This document shows positions 38,365-48,662 of a DNA stretch of 64,000 nucleotides, piece by piece. Each line of letters begins with the position of its first letter. Positions within the stretch are counted from its first letter, which is position 1. The notes under the pieces were generated by a model. It was not told where the DNA came from. It did no database searches and was given only the letters and a program-made list of their open reading frames with translations. The position numbers and the translations under genes are program-made. The stretch covers positions 352,001-416,000 of the forward strand of contig CAVUVW010000021.1 in assembly GCA_963745035.1 (NCBI GenBank), in the 5' to 3' direction. The DNA is from an uncultured delta proteobacterium (lineage in GTDB: Bacteria > Desulfobacterota > Binatia > UBA9968).

Positions 38365-39660
38365 GTGTGGTACTTGCTCTATAACGTCGCGTTGACGGCG
38401 GCCTTGGTGGCGGCGCTGCCCTTACTGCCGTTGGCGGTTCTGTTCGGCGCGCGCTACCGCGAAGGGCTCGCCCAGCGTCTCGGCTTTTATCCCAAAGCGG
38501 TTGGCCAAAGTCTGGCCGCGGCGCGGCCGCTGTGGATCCACGCCGCTTCGGTCGGCGAGGTGCGCTCGGCGGAGCCGTTGGTGCGTGAGCTCAAGAGGCG
38601 CGCCCCCGAGCAAAAACTGCTGCTTTCTACGTTCACCGCCACGGGCAATCGCATCGCCCGGCAAATGCCGGGCGTCGACGCCGCCGTCTACTTGCCCCTG
38701 GATCTCCCCTGGGTTGTGCGGCGGGCGCTGCGCGCGTTCGATCCCGCTATGCTGGTGATCATCGAAACGGAAATTTGGCCGAACCTCCTGCGTGGCGCGT
38801 CTCGGCGCGGCATCCCGATCGTGCTTTTGAGCGGCCGATTGTCGGAGCGGGCGCTGGCGCGCTATGCGATGTTCCGCGCCTTTTTTCGCCGCGTGATGGA
38901 TTTTTTTACCGCTCTTGGCATGCAGTCCGCCGGTGACGCGGCGCGCATCGCCAAGCTCGGCGCCGCCGAGCGGAAAATCTCGGTGACCGGCAGCCTCAAG
39001 TTTGCCGAGCCTTCCGATAACGGCCGGCGCGGCTTCGCCGCGGCCAAAGATCCGGCACGCCGTGTGCTCGTGGCCGGCAGCTCCCATCGCGGTGAAGAGG
39101 AAATCGTGCTGCGGGCGTTCGGCTTGACGCGCGCCCGCTTTCCCGAGCTCGCGCTGGTTTTGGCGCCGCGCCATCCGGAGCGTTTCGCCGAGGTCGAAAA
39201 GCTGCTTTCTCGCAGTCCGTTCGCATTCCAGCGCAAGAGCCGGCTCGGGGCCGAGCAATATTTCAGCCGGGATGTCTTGCTGCTCGACACCGTCGGCGAC
39301 TTGCCGGAGTTTTTCGCGGCCGGAGATATCGCCTTTGTCGGCGGCAGCCTGGTGGCCGGCGGCGGGCACAATATCTTGGAGCCGGCGCGCTTAGAAAAAC
39401 CGATTTTGTTCGGCCCGCACATGGCCAATTTCCAAAGCATCGCCGAGAATATGAAGCGCAGCGGCGCGGCCATCGAAGTGCGCGATGCCGAAGAGCTCGC
39501 GCGCGCACTCATGGGCTTACTAAGCGATGCGGCAGAGCGCCGGCGCATGGGCGAGCGCGCCGCTCAGGTGGCGCGCGCCAACGGCGACGCCCTCGCGCTC
39601 AACGTCGCTTTGGCCCAACGATATTTGCAAGACGGCGCCGGTTCGCAGTTCGATCGATAA
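38365..39660 (+). CDS. waaA: Kdo transferase
   Basis: WIHAASVGE, ETEIWPN, APRHPERF, GGHNILEP. Confidence 0.95.
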   Translation: MWYLLYNVALTAALVAALPLLPLAVLFGARYREGLAQRLGFYPKAVGQSLAAARPLWIHAASVGEVRSAEPLVRELKRRAPEQKLLLSTFTATGNRIARQMPGVDAAVYLPLDLPWVVRRALRAFDPAMLVIIETEIWPNLLRGASRRGIPIVLLSGRLSERALARYAMFRAFFRRVMDFFTALGMQSAGDAARIAKLGAAERKISVTGSLKFAEPSDNGRRGFAAAKDPARRVLVAGSSHRGEEEIVLRAFGLTRARFPELALVLAPRHPERFAEVEKLLSRSPFAFQRKSRLGAEQYFSRDVLLLDTVGDLPEFFAAGDIAFVGGSLVAGGGHNILEPARLEKPILFGPHMANFQSIAENMKRSGAAIEVRDAEELARALMGLLSDAAERRRMGERAAQVARANGDALALNVALAQRYLQDGAGSQFDR

Positions 39661-39662
39661 CC

Positions 39663-40745
39663 ATGAGGGATGTTTGGGCGCGGAGGGTGTGGGAGCGACG
39701 CGGCATCTACGGCAAATTCCTATGGTCGTTTTCGCTGCCGCTCGCGCTCCTTTACCGTTGCGGCGCGCAGCTCCGCAACACGCTCTTTCGTCTGGGTTGG
39801 CTCAATGTGGCGCAATTGCCGCGGCCGGTCATCAGCATCGGCAACCTCACCGTCGGCGGCACGGGCAAGACGCCGACGTGCCTGTGGCTCGCACGCGAGT
39901 TGCAGGAGCGCGGCTTCAAGGTCGGCATCCTGAGCCGCGGCTATCGCCGGCGCGGGCGGCGCGCGCTGGCGCTGGCGCCGAAAAGCGATGGCTCGGACGG
40001 ACTGAAAAACCACGACGTATTTCAGTCGGGTGATGAACCGCTCATGATGGCACGTCTTTACGGCCAAAACGTCGGGATCGGCAAAAACCGCGGCGAGGCG
40101 GCGGCACGATTGCTGGGCACGACGGCGGTGGACGTATTCATCCTCGACGACGGTTTTCAACACCGCTGGATCAAGCGCGACGTCGATCTCTTGCTCCTGG
40201 GCGCGGAAACGTCGGGCTGGATGCTGCCGGCGGGTCCGTTTCGCGAGCCGCGAAAAAATCTTCGGCGCGCCGACTTCCTGCTCGTGACCGCGGCGCGCGA
40301 CGCATGGACCAAGATCGTGCCGCAGAAGCGCAGCGCGGCGCTGTACGCTGGCTCCCTCTGCCCGCTTGCGCTGATCGGTTTGAGCTCGGGCGGCTTGAAA
40401 GAATTTCCTTTGACATTGCTTTGCCGAAGCAAGATTCTGACGGTGACGGGAGTCGCCGATCCCCGCGGTCTATACCGGTTGATCCACGAATGGGAAGGCG
40501 AGATCGTCAATACGCTGGAGTTCGCGGATCATCATTTTTACAGCACGGCTGACTGGCAGGAAATCAACCGGCTGGCACGGAGTGTAGATTTGATCATCAC
40601 GACCGAGAAGGATATTCTGAAGCTGCAGCGCTTTCCCTTCGCCAAAGACAAGTTGCTGGCGCTGCGGGTGGCGATGACGGTGGAGGAGGGCGCGGCGCTG
40701 GTCGCGGCCATCGTCCAAAGGATTCAGCCCGGCGGTCGCGCTTGA
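39663..40745 (+). CDS. lpxK: tetraacyldisaccharide 4'-kinase
   Basis: GNLTVGGTGKTP, SRGY, GDEP, LDDGFQH, TTEKD. Confidence 0.95.
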   Translation: MRDVWARRVWERRGIYGKFLWSFSLPLALLYRCGAQLRNTLFRLGWLNVAQLPRPVISIGNLTVGGTGKTPTCLWLARELQERGFKVGILSRGYRRRGRRALALAPKSDGSDGLKNHDVFQSGDEPLMMARLYGQNVGIGKNRGEAAARLLGTTAVDVFILDDGFQHRWIKRDVDLLLLGAETSGWMLPAGPFREPRKNLRRADFLLVTAARDAWTKIVPQKRSAALYAGSLCPLALIGLSSGGLKEFPLTLLCRSKILTVTGVADPRGLYRLIHEWEGEIVNTLEFADHHFYSTADWQEINRLARSVDLIITTEKDILKLQRFPFAKDKLLALRVAMTVEEGAALVAAIVQRIQPGGRA

Positions 40746-41338
40746 TCAGTGATTTAAGACCAGGGGCGGCGGTGTTTCTTGATCGCGACGGCACGCTGAT
40801 ACGCGACGTGGGTTATTTGCGGCGCATCGATGATCTCGAAATTCTTCCCAAGGTTCCCGAAGCGCTGCGCCTCTTGCGCGCGCAAGGATTCAAGCTCGTG
40901 CTGGTGACTAACCAATCGGCGGTCGCCCGCGGCTGGCTCTCGGAAGAAGAGCTCGCCGCGATCCACGCTGCTCTCGCCGCGGCGCTGGCGCGCGGCGGCG
41001 CGCGGCTCGATGCGATCTACTACTGCCCGCATCATCCCGTGGAGGGGCAGGGCGCATACCGGTTGCACTGCGCCTGCCGCAAGCCCGATATCGGCATGAT
41101 CGAGCGCGCTGCGGTGGAATTGGGAGTGGATCCGGCGGCTTCCTACGTCGTCGGCGATCAGCAAACCGACGTCGAGCTTGCCCGCCGCGTCGGCGCCACC
41201 GCGCTCTTGATCGGCCGCAAGCCGCCGTCGATGGTCGAGGCGCGCGCGGGAGTGTTCGTTGGAGATCTTTGGCAGGCGGCGCGCTGGATCGTCGAGCATG
41301 CCCAACAGACCGGACAGGGCGAGGAGTCGCAGTCATGA
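40742..41338 (+). CDS. gmhB: D-glycero-D-manno-heptose-1,7-bisphosphate phosphatase
   Basis: FLDRDGTL, TNQS, CPHHP..CACRKP, VGD. Confidence 0.9.
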   Translation: MISDLRPGAAVFLDRDGTLIRDVGYLRRIDDLEILPKVPEALRLLRAQGFKLVLVTNQSAVARGWLSEEELAAIHAALAAALARGGARLDAIYYCPHHPVEGQGAYRLHCACRKPDIGMIERAAVELGVDPAASYVVGDQQTDVELARRVGATALLIGRKPPSMVEARAGVFVGDLWQAARWIVEHAQQTGQGEESQS

Positions 41339-42276
41339 AAACGTTGGTCACGGGAGCTGCCGGATTCATTGGCTCTCATCTCGCGGAAAAGCTGCTGGCC
41401 GAAGGGCGCGAAGTCGTCGGCGTCGATAGTTTTCTCGACAATTATCCGCGCAGCTTCAAGGACAAAAATCTCGCCGCCTTCTCTGGCCACGCGAATTTCC
41501 AATTCGTCGGCGCGGATTTGCTGCGCCTGGATCTCAAGAATTTGCTGCGCGACGTTTCCCATGTGTTTCACCTTGCCGGCCAGCCGGGGGTGCGATCGAG
41601 CTGGGGCGGCGAGTTTAACCGATACACCGACAACAACATCATGGCGACGCAACTGTTGCTGGAGGCCGCGAAAGAGCGTCCGCTCGTCAAGTTTGTCTAC
41701 GCCTCGACGTCCTCGGTTTACGGCGACACCGACGATCTGCCGATGCGCGAGGACGGCGGCACGCGGCCGGTCTCGCCCTACGGCGCCAGTAAGCTTGCCG
41801 CCGAGCACCTGTGCCATCTCTACTGGCGCGCCTTTGCCGTACCCACGGTGGCGCTGCGCTTCTTCACGGTTTACGGGCCGCGGCAGCGGCCCGACATGTT
41901 CTTTCATATTTTTATGCGCGCGCTGCGGCGCGGCGAGGAAGTGCCGCTCTACGACGACGGCGAGCAGACCCGGGATTTTACCTTTTGCGCCGATATCGTC
42001 GACGGCGTGCTCGCAGCGGGGCGCTATCCCGGGCAGGGCGAAGTTTTCAATTTGGGCGGCGGTTCGGAGGTGAGTCTGCTGCGCGCCATCGCCCTCGCCG
42101 AGGCCATCGCCGGGCGCAAGGGGCGGCTGCGCCGCTTCGACCGGCAAAAAGGCGACGTGCGCCACACCAGCGCGCGCCTCGACTGGGCCCGAGAAAAGCT
42201 CGGCTACGCGCCCAAGGTCGGCTTGGAGCAAGGCTTGGCCGAACAATGGAAATGGCTCCGCGAGAGCGCGGACTGA
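41335..42276 (+). CDS. NAD-dependent nucleotide-sugar epimerase (UDP-glucuronate 4-epimerase-like)
   Basis: GAAGFIG, YGASK, RFFTVYGPRQRPDM. Confidence 0.9.
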   Translation: MKTLVTGAAGFIGSHLAEKLLAEGREVVGVDSFLDNYPRSFKDKNLAAFSGHANFQFVGADLLRLDLKNLLRDVSHVFHLAGQPGVRSSWGGEFNRYTDNNIMATQLLLEAAKERPLVKFVYASTSSVYGDTDDLPMREDGGTRPVSPYGASKLAAEHLCHLYWRAFAVPTVALRFFTVYGPRQRPDMFFHIFMRALRRGEEVPLYDDGEQTRDFTFCADIVDGVLAAGRYPGQGEVFNLGGGSEVSLLRAIALAEAIAGRKGRLRRFDRQKGDVRHTSARLDWAREKLGYAPKVGLEQGLAEQWKWLRESAD

Positions 42277-42514
42277 ACCCGGAATTTGCAGTTGAGTCCC
42301 GCGGCGCGCTATCTTCCGTCGTGAAGACAATGCTTACTGCCTCGGAGCGGATCGTGATCGGCGGTGATACGCGCAGCGGCATTGCGGAGAGATCGCCAAG
42401 GCACGATAAACTTTGCGGCCGCACACTTGAGTGTCTGCACGACTCCAGGATCGCGCCCTGCAACCTGAGTCAAGTACGACTGCGCAAGCTGGACTGAAGC
42501 GACGGAGGCAAGCC

Positions 42515-43375
42515 ATGCGGGAATACGTCGAAGAAGATGTCGGCAATATCGTCTCTCTGGAACATATCAACGTGCAGGTGCCCGATCAGCCGGCGGCGAT
42601 CTTGTTTTACGTGGTCGGCATGGGGTTTACGCGCGATCCGTATCTCACGGTGGGGTTGAGCAACATGTGGATCAACGTGGGCGAGCAACAATTCCACTTG
42701 CCCACCCGCGAGGCGCAGGTGATCGACGGCCATATCGGCGTGGTGGTGCCGGATCTTGACGCGCTGGAACGCCGCCTCGAAGCGCTCGCGGACGGACTTA
42801 AGGGCACGCAGTTTTCTTTTGCGCGAAACTCGGACCACCTCGCGGTCACCTGCCCGTGGGGCAATCATTACCGCTGCCACGAGCCCCGGCCCGCGTTCGG
42901 CGATATGATGCTCGGCATCCCATACGTCGAGTTTTCGGTTAGACCCGGCGCGGCGGCGGCGATCGTGGGCTTTTATCGGACGGCCTTCGGCGCGCCCGCG
43001 GACGTGGAGAGCGATGCCGACGGCTCGTTTGGACGAATCAAGATCGGTCGCGCGCAAGCGCTCATCTTCCGCGAGACGGGAAAACCCATCGCGCCCTACG
43101 ACGGCCACCATGTGGCGGTCTACGTGGCGAATTTTTCCGGTCCCTACGAGTATCTCAAGAGCCGCGGGCTAATCTCCGAAGACGTGCGCAATCATCAGTT
43201 CCGCTTCAAGGACATCGTCGATCCGGAAAGCGGCGAGAAGGCCTTCGCTCTCGAGCATGAAGTGCGCAGTTTGCGCCATCCCATGTACCATCGACCGTTT
43301 GTCAACCGCGATCCGGCGCAGTCCCAGCGCTCCTATCACCGCGGCTGGGATGCCTTTGTCCCGTTTCAGCGGTGA
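42515..43375 (+). CDS. VOC/glyoxalase-like hypothetical protein
   Basis: GGAGG SD; LEHINVQVPD..FYV..MGF, QFHLP, DGHHVAVY repeated VOC-like modules. Confidence 0.7.
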   Translation: MREYVEEDVGNIVSLEHINVQVPDQPAAILFYVVGMGFTRDPYLTVGLSNMWINVGEQQFHLPTREAQVIDGHIGVVVPDLDALERRLEALADGLKGTQFSFARNSDHLAVTCPWGNHYRCHEPRPAFGDMMLGIPYVEFSVRPGAAAAIVGFYRTAFGAPADVESDADGSFGRIKIGRAQALIFRETGKPIAPYDGHHVAVYVANFSGPYEYLKSRGLISEDVRNHQFRFKDIVDPESGEKAFALEHEVRSLRHPMYHRPFVNRDPAQSQRSYHRGWDAFVPFQR

Positions 43376-43438
43376 CGCGCTCTTTCCAGTGGCGCGCAAC
43401 CATCGACGTTTGATCGAAGCTCTCAGGAGGAAATCGCC

Positions 43439-43606
43439 ATGGCGCTCAGCAAGGAACTTTTGGACATTCTCGCCTGTCCCAAATGCAAGGGCGATATCCA
43501 TCTCAACCAGACGGAGGACGGACTCGTCTGCGACGCCTGCCGTCTGATGTATCCGATCAAAGACGATATCCCGGTGATGCTGATCGACGAGGCGGTCCGG
43601 CTTTAG
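43439..43606 (+). CDS. Trm112-family protein (YcaR-like)
   Basis: Not in ORF track. AGGAGG SD; MALSKELLDILACPKCKG...YPIKDDIPVMLIDEAVRL. Confidence 0.92.
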   Translation: MALSKELLDILACPKCKGDIHLNQTEDGLVCDACRLMYPIKDDIPVMLIDEAVRL

Positions 43607-43615
43607 AAAAGCGCC

Positions 43616-44707
43616 ATGGCGCCGGTCGAGTGGCAAAACGTTCTCATCGTCCAGACAAGCTTCCTAGGCGACACGGTGCTTACCTTGCCGCTCGTCTGCG
43701 AGGTGCGCCGGCGCTTTCCGGTTAAAAGACTGACGCTCGTGTGTCTACCCGCGGGCCGGGAGCTCTTGCGCGACCACCCGGCCATCGATGAAATCATCAC
43801 GTATGACAAGAAGGGCGGCGATCGCGGCTGGCGCGGCTTGCGCCGGCTTGCCGCTCGATTAAAGAACGAGGGTTTTTCCGTCGCCTTGACGCCGCACAAG
43901 TCTTTGCGCACGGCGCTCCTGCTGTATCTGGCGCAGATTCCACACCGGATCGGCTTTCGCGAAAGCCGCGGCTGGTTTTTTTTCCACCAGCGCGCCGCGC
44001 GCGATCCGCGCCGCCACGACGTGGAGCGCAATCTTTCCGTGCTCCAGTCTTTCGGCGTGGCTCCCGAGGACTGCGCGCGCGCCCTCGACCTGCCGGTGAG
44101 CGCTGCGGCGCAAACGGCGGTCGATGAGCAGCTTCGCGCGCTCGGCGTCGGCGATAGCGAGGCGATCATCGGCATCAATCCCGGCTCGGTCTGGCCGACC
44201 AAGCGCTGGTCGCCGTCCGGGTTCGCCGCGCTGATCTCCCTGCTGCGCGAGCGCCACGGCTGCCGGGTGCTGCTGTTCGGCGGTGCCGAGGATGCGCCGG
44301 TGGTCGAGGAGATCGAGCGGCGCTGCGGCGGCCAAGCTGTCAATCTGGTCGGCCGCATCGGGCTTGGCGAGTTGGCGGCGGCGATCAGCCGGTGCCGCGT
44401 CTTTGTCACCAACGACAGCGGCCCGATGCACGTGGCGGTGGCGCGCCGCGTCCCGACCGTGGCGGTGTTTTGCGCCACCACTCCGGATCTGGGTTTTTAT
44501 CCGTACACCGGCAATGCCATCGTCGTGCAGCGTGCACTTTCCTGCCGGCCGTGCGCTTCGCACGGCGGACGGCGCTGCCCCGTCGGCACGGCGGCCTGCA
44601 TCCGCCAGATTTCCCCGGAGGTCGTGCTGCAGGCGGTGGAGAAACTGCTGCGCGGCGCTGGCCGAGCGGGCGCGCCGGGTTTTCTGCCGGAGTTTGTGAC
44701 GGTCTAA
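43616..44707 (+). CDS. waaF: LPS heptosyltransferase II (GT9)
   Basis: QTSFLGD, NPGSVWPTKRW, TNDSGPMHVA. Confidence 0.85.
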   Translation: MAPVEWQNVLIVQTSFLGDTVLTLPLVCEVRRRFPVKRLTLVCLPAGRELLRDHPAIDEIITYDKKGGDRGWRGLRRLAARLKNEGFSVALTPHKSLRTALLLYLAQIPHRIGFRESRGWFFFHQRAARDPRRHDVERNLSVLQSFGVAPEDCARALDLPVSAAAQTAVDEQLRALGVGDSEAIIGINPGSVWPTKRWSPSGFAALISLLRERHGCRVLLFGGAEDAPVVEEIERRCGGQAVNLVGRIGLGELAAAISRCRVFVTNDSGPMHVAVARRVPTVAVFCATTPDLGFYPYTGNAIVVQRALSCRPCASHGGRRCPVGTAACIRQISPEVVLQAVEKLLRGAGRAGAPGFLPEFVTV

Positions 44708-44757
44708 TCTCCGCGCTCATTTATTCTATTCAGATCAGAAGTTCGATCACGGCGAGC

Positions 44758-45531
44758 ATGCTGACGGAAGCGAAGGTTTGGGGAGCGATTCCCGAGGGTT
44801 TCAGAAAAGTCACCGCCGGCCGCGGCATTCGGCTCGTGGTCCGCGAGGACCGGGCAAACGAGATCGATCCGTCGATTTGCCATGAGGCAAACGGCGGCGC
44901 GCAGGACTCTCGGCACCACGGACGAGGGCCGCTCAGGGCGCTGCGGATGAGCGACGGTGAGACCGCGCTCATTCGCGGCTATCGGCACGGGGGTCTTTTG
45001 CGTGCGCTGACGCGCGCCTGGTTCGCGAGCTGGCCGCCGCGGCCGTTTCGCGAACTCGCGATCACCGAAGAGCTACGCCGGCGCGGTTTGCGCACGGTGG
45101 AGGTATATGCCGCGGCCGTCGAGCGCGTGTACGGCCCGCTCTACCGCGGTTGCCTGGTGACGCGGGAATTGTCCGGCGCCAAGGACCTCTGGGCGGCATT
45201 GCAAGACCCATCCACGGACGCGGAGCGCCTCGGCGCCGTCCTCAAAGCCAGCGCGGAAACCATCCGCGCCATGCACCGCGAAGGGGTCTATCACGCGGAC
45301 TTGAATCTCAAGAATATTCTGGTCCGCTTTCATGCCGGCGGCGCCGAGGGCTACGTCATCGATTTCGATCGGGCAAAATTATTTTTAGGCAATCTGCCGG
45401 CGCCGCTGAGGCGGAAAAATCTCGACCGCTTGCGGCGCTCCGCGCGCAAGCTCGATCCGCAGCGGCGCTATTTGAGCGTCGGGGCGTGGAATCAGTTTTT
45501 GGATTTTTATTATGGCGCCGACGACGCCTGA
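44758..45531 (+). CDS. Kdo kinase-like LPS kinase (KdkA/InaA family)
   Basis: HGRG, YRHGGLL, HADLNLKNIL, IDFDR, NLDRLRRS. Confidence 0.85.
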   Translation: MLTEAKVWGAIPEGFRKVTAGRGIRLVVREDRANEIDPSICHEANGGAQDSRHHGRGPLRALRMSDGETALIRGYRHGGLLRALTRAWFASWPPRPFRELAITEELRRRGLRTVEVYAAAVERVYGPLYRGCLVTRELSGAKDLWAALQDPSTDAERLGAVLKASAETIRAMHREGVYHADLNLKNILVRFHAGGAEGYVIDFDRAKLFLGNLPAPLRRKNLDRLRRSARKLDPQRRYLSVGAWNQFLDFYYGADDA

Positions 45532-46579
45532 ATCGGATCCCCAAAGGATTCTGATCGTGCTCCACGGCTCCATCGGCGACGTGACGCGCGCGCTGCCGCT
45601 CGCCGGCATGCTGCGGCGCGCGTTTCCGCACGCGTTTTTGGCATGGTCCGTCGAGCCCGCCTGTTTTCCGCTGCTCCAGAATAACCCCGCCATCAACGAA
45701 ATCATTGTCTTTGACCGGGCCCATTGGCGGCGCAGCGCCGGACCGTTTTTGGCCAAAGTGCGCGCCGGCGGATTCGACCTCGTGCTCGATCTCCAGCGGC
45801 TGTTGCGCAGCGGGGTGATCAGTTGGTGGTCGGGAGCGCGCCGGCGCATCGGTTTTCACCGCCGCGACAGCAAAGAAGGTAATTGGCTCTTCAACAACCG
45901 CCATATTCCGGCTTACGGCGAGAATATCTCCAAGCTCGAGCATTACTTGAAATTTGCCGAATACCTCGGCATCGAGCGAACCGCGCCGGAATGGGATTTC
46001 AATCTGAGCGCCGCGGAGCGGGCGGCCGTCGATCGGCACTTGAGCCAACTCCATCGGCCGTTCGCGGTATTGTTCGTCGGCACCCGCTGGCAGAGCAAAC
46101 AGTGGTTTCCGGCGCAGATCGGTCAGTGCGCCGAGCGGCTGGCACGCGAGTTTGCCCTCGACGTCGCGCTTCTCGGTGGAAAGGACGATGAGGATCTCGC
46201 CCGCGAAGCTGCAGAGCTATCGGCGGCGGCGCCCGTGCTGAATCTCACCGGGCAAACGAGCTTGCGCGAAGCGATCGGCATTATTGAACGGGCATCGATC
46301 GCCGTCGGGCCCGATACCGGATTGATGCACATCGCCGCCGCGGTGGGAACGGCGGTGATTTCGCTGTGGGGCGCGACCGATCCCACACGCACGGGACCGC
46401 ACGGATTCGCCGATCTCGTGCTGCGCGGCAGGGCGCCGTGCGTTCCTTGCCGGCGCCGAACCTGTGCAATTGACCGGATCTGCCTGCGCTCGATCACCAT
46501 CGAAGAAATCGACGCCAAGATTCGCGACGCGCTCAAACGGCGCGGCGAAACACCCGCCACGCATGCCGGCCAGCATTGA
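45512..46579 (+). CDS. glycosyltransferase family 9 (heptosyltransferase, WaaC-like)
   Basis: GSIGDV, DLQ, SKQW, GPDTGLMHIAAA. Confidence 0.85.
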   Translation: MAPTTPESDPQRILIVLHGSIGDVTRALPLAGMLRRAFPHAFLAWSVEPACFPLLQNNPAINEIIVFDRAHWRRSAGPFLAKVRAGGFDLVLDLQRLLRSGVISWWSGARRRIGFHRRDSKEGNWLFNNRHIPAYGENISKLEHYLKFAEYLGIERTAPEWDFNLSAAERAAVDRHLSQLHRPFAVLFVGTRWQSKQWFPAQIGQCAERLAREFALDVALLGGKDDEDLAREAAELSAAAPVLNLTGQTSLREAIGIIERASIAVGPDTGLMHIAAAVGTAVISLWGATDPTRTGPHGFADLVLRGRAPCVPCRRRTCAIDRICLRSITIEEIDAKIRDALKRRGETPATHAGQH

Positions 46580-47450
46580 CTACCACGAGGCGGCGCACGG
46601 ACAATGGCGCCTGGTATATCTTGGCGAGCTGTGGAACCGGGGCGCGCAGCAGACGGTGTTGGAAATGGTCGAGGCCCAGCCGTGGGCGAAGCACCCGCAA
46701 ACCTTGCCGCTTCGCCTCACTCTCGGCGCCAAGGAACGCGAGCTCTATCTCAAAGTCTTCCATCCGGGGCGCGGCGCCGCCGCTTGGAAAGATGCGCTGC
46801 GGCGTTCCAAGGCCTGGCGCGCATGGCGTGTGGGACTGGAGCTCGAGAACGCCGGTTTTGAGGTTCCCTTGGCGATCGCCGCCGGCGAGCAGCGCCGCGC
46901 GCGGTTTTTGCGCCGTGCGTTTCTTCTGACGGAAAAGATCTACGCCGAGCCGGTCCCCATGTTTCTGCGCACAGGGCTTCATTGCGGCGACGACAAGGCA
47001 CGCTTGGCGGCCAAGCGCGCCGGGCTGCGCCATGCGGCGCGCCTGGTCCGGCGCTTTCACCGCGCCGGCTTTGTGCACGGCGATCTGGTGGCGTCCAATC
47101 TGTTGGTGGCTTTCGATGGGCGCGCCATGAATTTTTATTTTATGGACAACGACCGCACGAGCCGCTATCCCGGCTGGCTGGCGCAGCCGTTCTGGAAGCG
47201 CAATTTGATTCAACTCAATCGCCTGCCGCTGCCGGGAGTAACCTTGCAGGACCGCATGAGGTTTCTTAAAGCTTACCTCGACATTGGGGAAGTTGCCGCC
47301 GCCGAGCGCAGTTTGGCGCAGTGGCTGGAGCGGCGCACGCGGCGGCGGCGCGAGGAATGCGACGGCGTGGACGGCTCCGGTGACTTTAGAAGGCTCATGC
47401 GCTGGTCCGGTGAAATTTCCCCGCCGGCCGATGCCAAGGAACTTGCATAG
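46563..47450 (+). CDS. LPS kinase (Kdo/WaaP/InaA family)
   Basis: YLKVF, HGDLVASNLL, FMDND, RNLIQLN. Confidence 0.8.
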   Translation: MPASIDYHEAAHGQWRLVYLGELWNRGAQQTVLEMVEAQPWAKHPQTLPLRLTLGAKERELYLKVFHPGRGAAAWKDALRRSKAWRAWRVGLELENAGFEVPLAIAAGEQRRARFLRRAFLLTEKIYAEPVPMFLRTGLHCGDDKARLAAKRAGLRHAARLVRRFHRAGFVHGDLVASNLLVAFDGRAMNFYFMDNDRTSRYPGWLAQPFWKRNLIQLNRLPLPGVTLQDRMRFLKAYLDIGEVAAAERSLAQWLERRTRRRREECDGVDGSGDFRRLMRWSGEISPPADAKELA

Positions 47451-47531
47451 CGTCGCTGTTGCAGTGCTGCGCCGGGGCGCTTCGCGGGAACGGCGGTGCA
47501 CTTCAGGCCACCAGGTCCGCTTCGCCATTGT

Positions 47532-48662
47532 GTGAAAATCGCTCTCGTCCATAAACGTCTCGATCTGCAGGGCGGAACCGAAAGGGACCTGTTTCAAACC
47601 GCCGAAGGTTTGCGCGATTTAGGACATGAGATCCATCTGTTCTGCGGCGAATACGGCGTCAATCCGCCCGCCGAGGTTATTTCACACCGAGTTCCGGTGA
47701 TTCCACTCGGGAGAACTCTGCGCTTGTGGAGCGCCGCATGGTTCGCGCAACAAGCTGTGCGCCGCGCCAATTGCGACGTTACGGTTGGCTTCGGCAGGCT
47801 GCCGCGCCAGGATGTTCTCCGTTGCGGCGGGGGCACGCACCGTGGTTTTCTCGCCCGCCTGGGCACGGCGGGCGGAGCGCGACGGCGGCTTTGGCAGAGC
47901 CTCAGCATCTACCATCGGAGCATCCTGGCGATCGAGAAGCGGCAATATGCTCCATCCGGAGCGCGGAGGATCATCGCCGTTTCCGAGCAGGTCAAGGGCG
48001 ATATTATCGCTCACTATGCCGTGCCGCCGGAGAAGATCGCGGTCCTTTACAACGGCGTCGACACGCGGCGTTTTCATCCCGCCCGGCGCGGCGAGGCGCG
48101 CGACCAGATTCGCAACTGCTGGAAAATTCCTTGCGAGGCGCCCTTGGTCTTGTTCGTCGGCAGCGGCTTTCGGCGCAAAGGCTTGGATCGACTTCTTTCC
48201 GCATGGAAGTCGCCGCGCCTGGATCGGGTATTTCTGTTGGTTGTCGGCGCGGACGCGCGGCTTGCCGGCTATCGCGCCCAGGCGGAGGCCGCTGCACCGG
48301 GGCGGGTCATTTTCGCCGGCCGTCAGGAACACGTCGAGGACTACTATGCGGCCGCGGACGTGGTCGCGCTGCCCGCGCTGCAAGAGGCTTTTGGCAACGT
48401 GGTTCTCGAAGCGCTGGCGTGCGGATTGTCGGTAGCGGTGAGCCGCGCCGCCGGCGCGGCCGAAGTCCTACGCGGTCTGTTGTCGGCGGGAATTATCGAG
48501 GAATCTCTCGATGCGGCGGCGCTGGTCGAGACGCTGCTGCTGCTTCTCACAAGATCCGCGGACCCGGTCTGGAGAAGCGAAGCCCGCAGTATCGCCGAAG
48601 CGCATTCTTGGAAAAATCACTTCCAGAAACTGGAAGCGCTATTGCGGGAAAGCGTTGGCTGA
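47532..48662 (+). CDS. glycosyltransferase family 4 (WaaG-like)
   Basis: GGTER, FVGSGFRRKGL, EAFGNVVLEALACG. Confidence 0.88.
   Translation: MKIALVHKRLDLQGGTERDLFQTAEGLRDLGHEIHLFCGEYGVNPPAEVISHRVPVIPLGRTLRLWSAAWFAQQAVRRANCDVTVGFGRLPRQDVLRCGGGTHRGFLARLGTAGGARRRLWQSLSIYHRSILAIEKRQYAPSGARRIIAVSEQVKGDIIAHYAVPPEKIAVLYNGVDTRRFHPARRGEARDQIRNCWKIPCEAPLVLFVGSGFRRKGLDRLLSAWKSPRLDRVFLLVVGADARLAGYRAQAEAAAPGRVIFAGRQEHVEDYYAAADVVALPALQEAFGNVVLEALACGLSVAVSRAAGAAEVLRGLLSAGIIEESLDAAALVETLLLLLTRSADPVWRSEARSIAEAHSWKNHFQKLEALLRESVG

Noticed and set aside
42320-42497. possible small ORF or riboswitch in the leader of the VOC gene
   Set aside because: No SD, no compositional signal, and no riboswitch consensus I can recognise.
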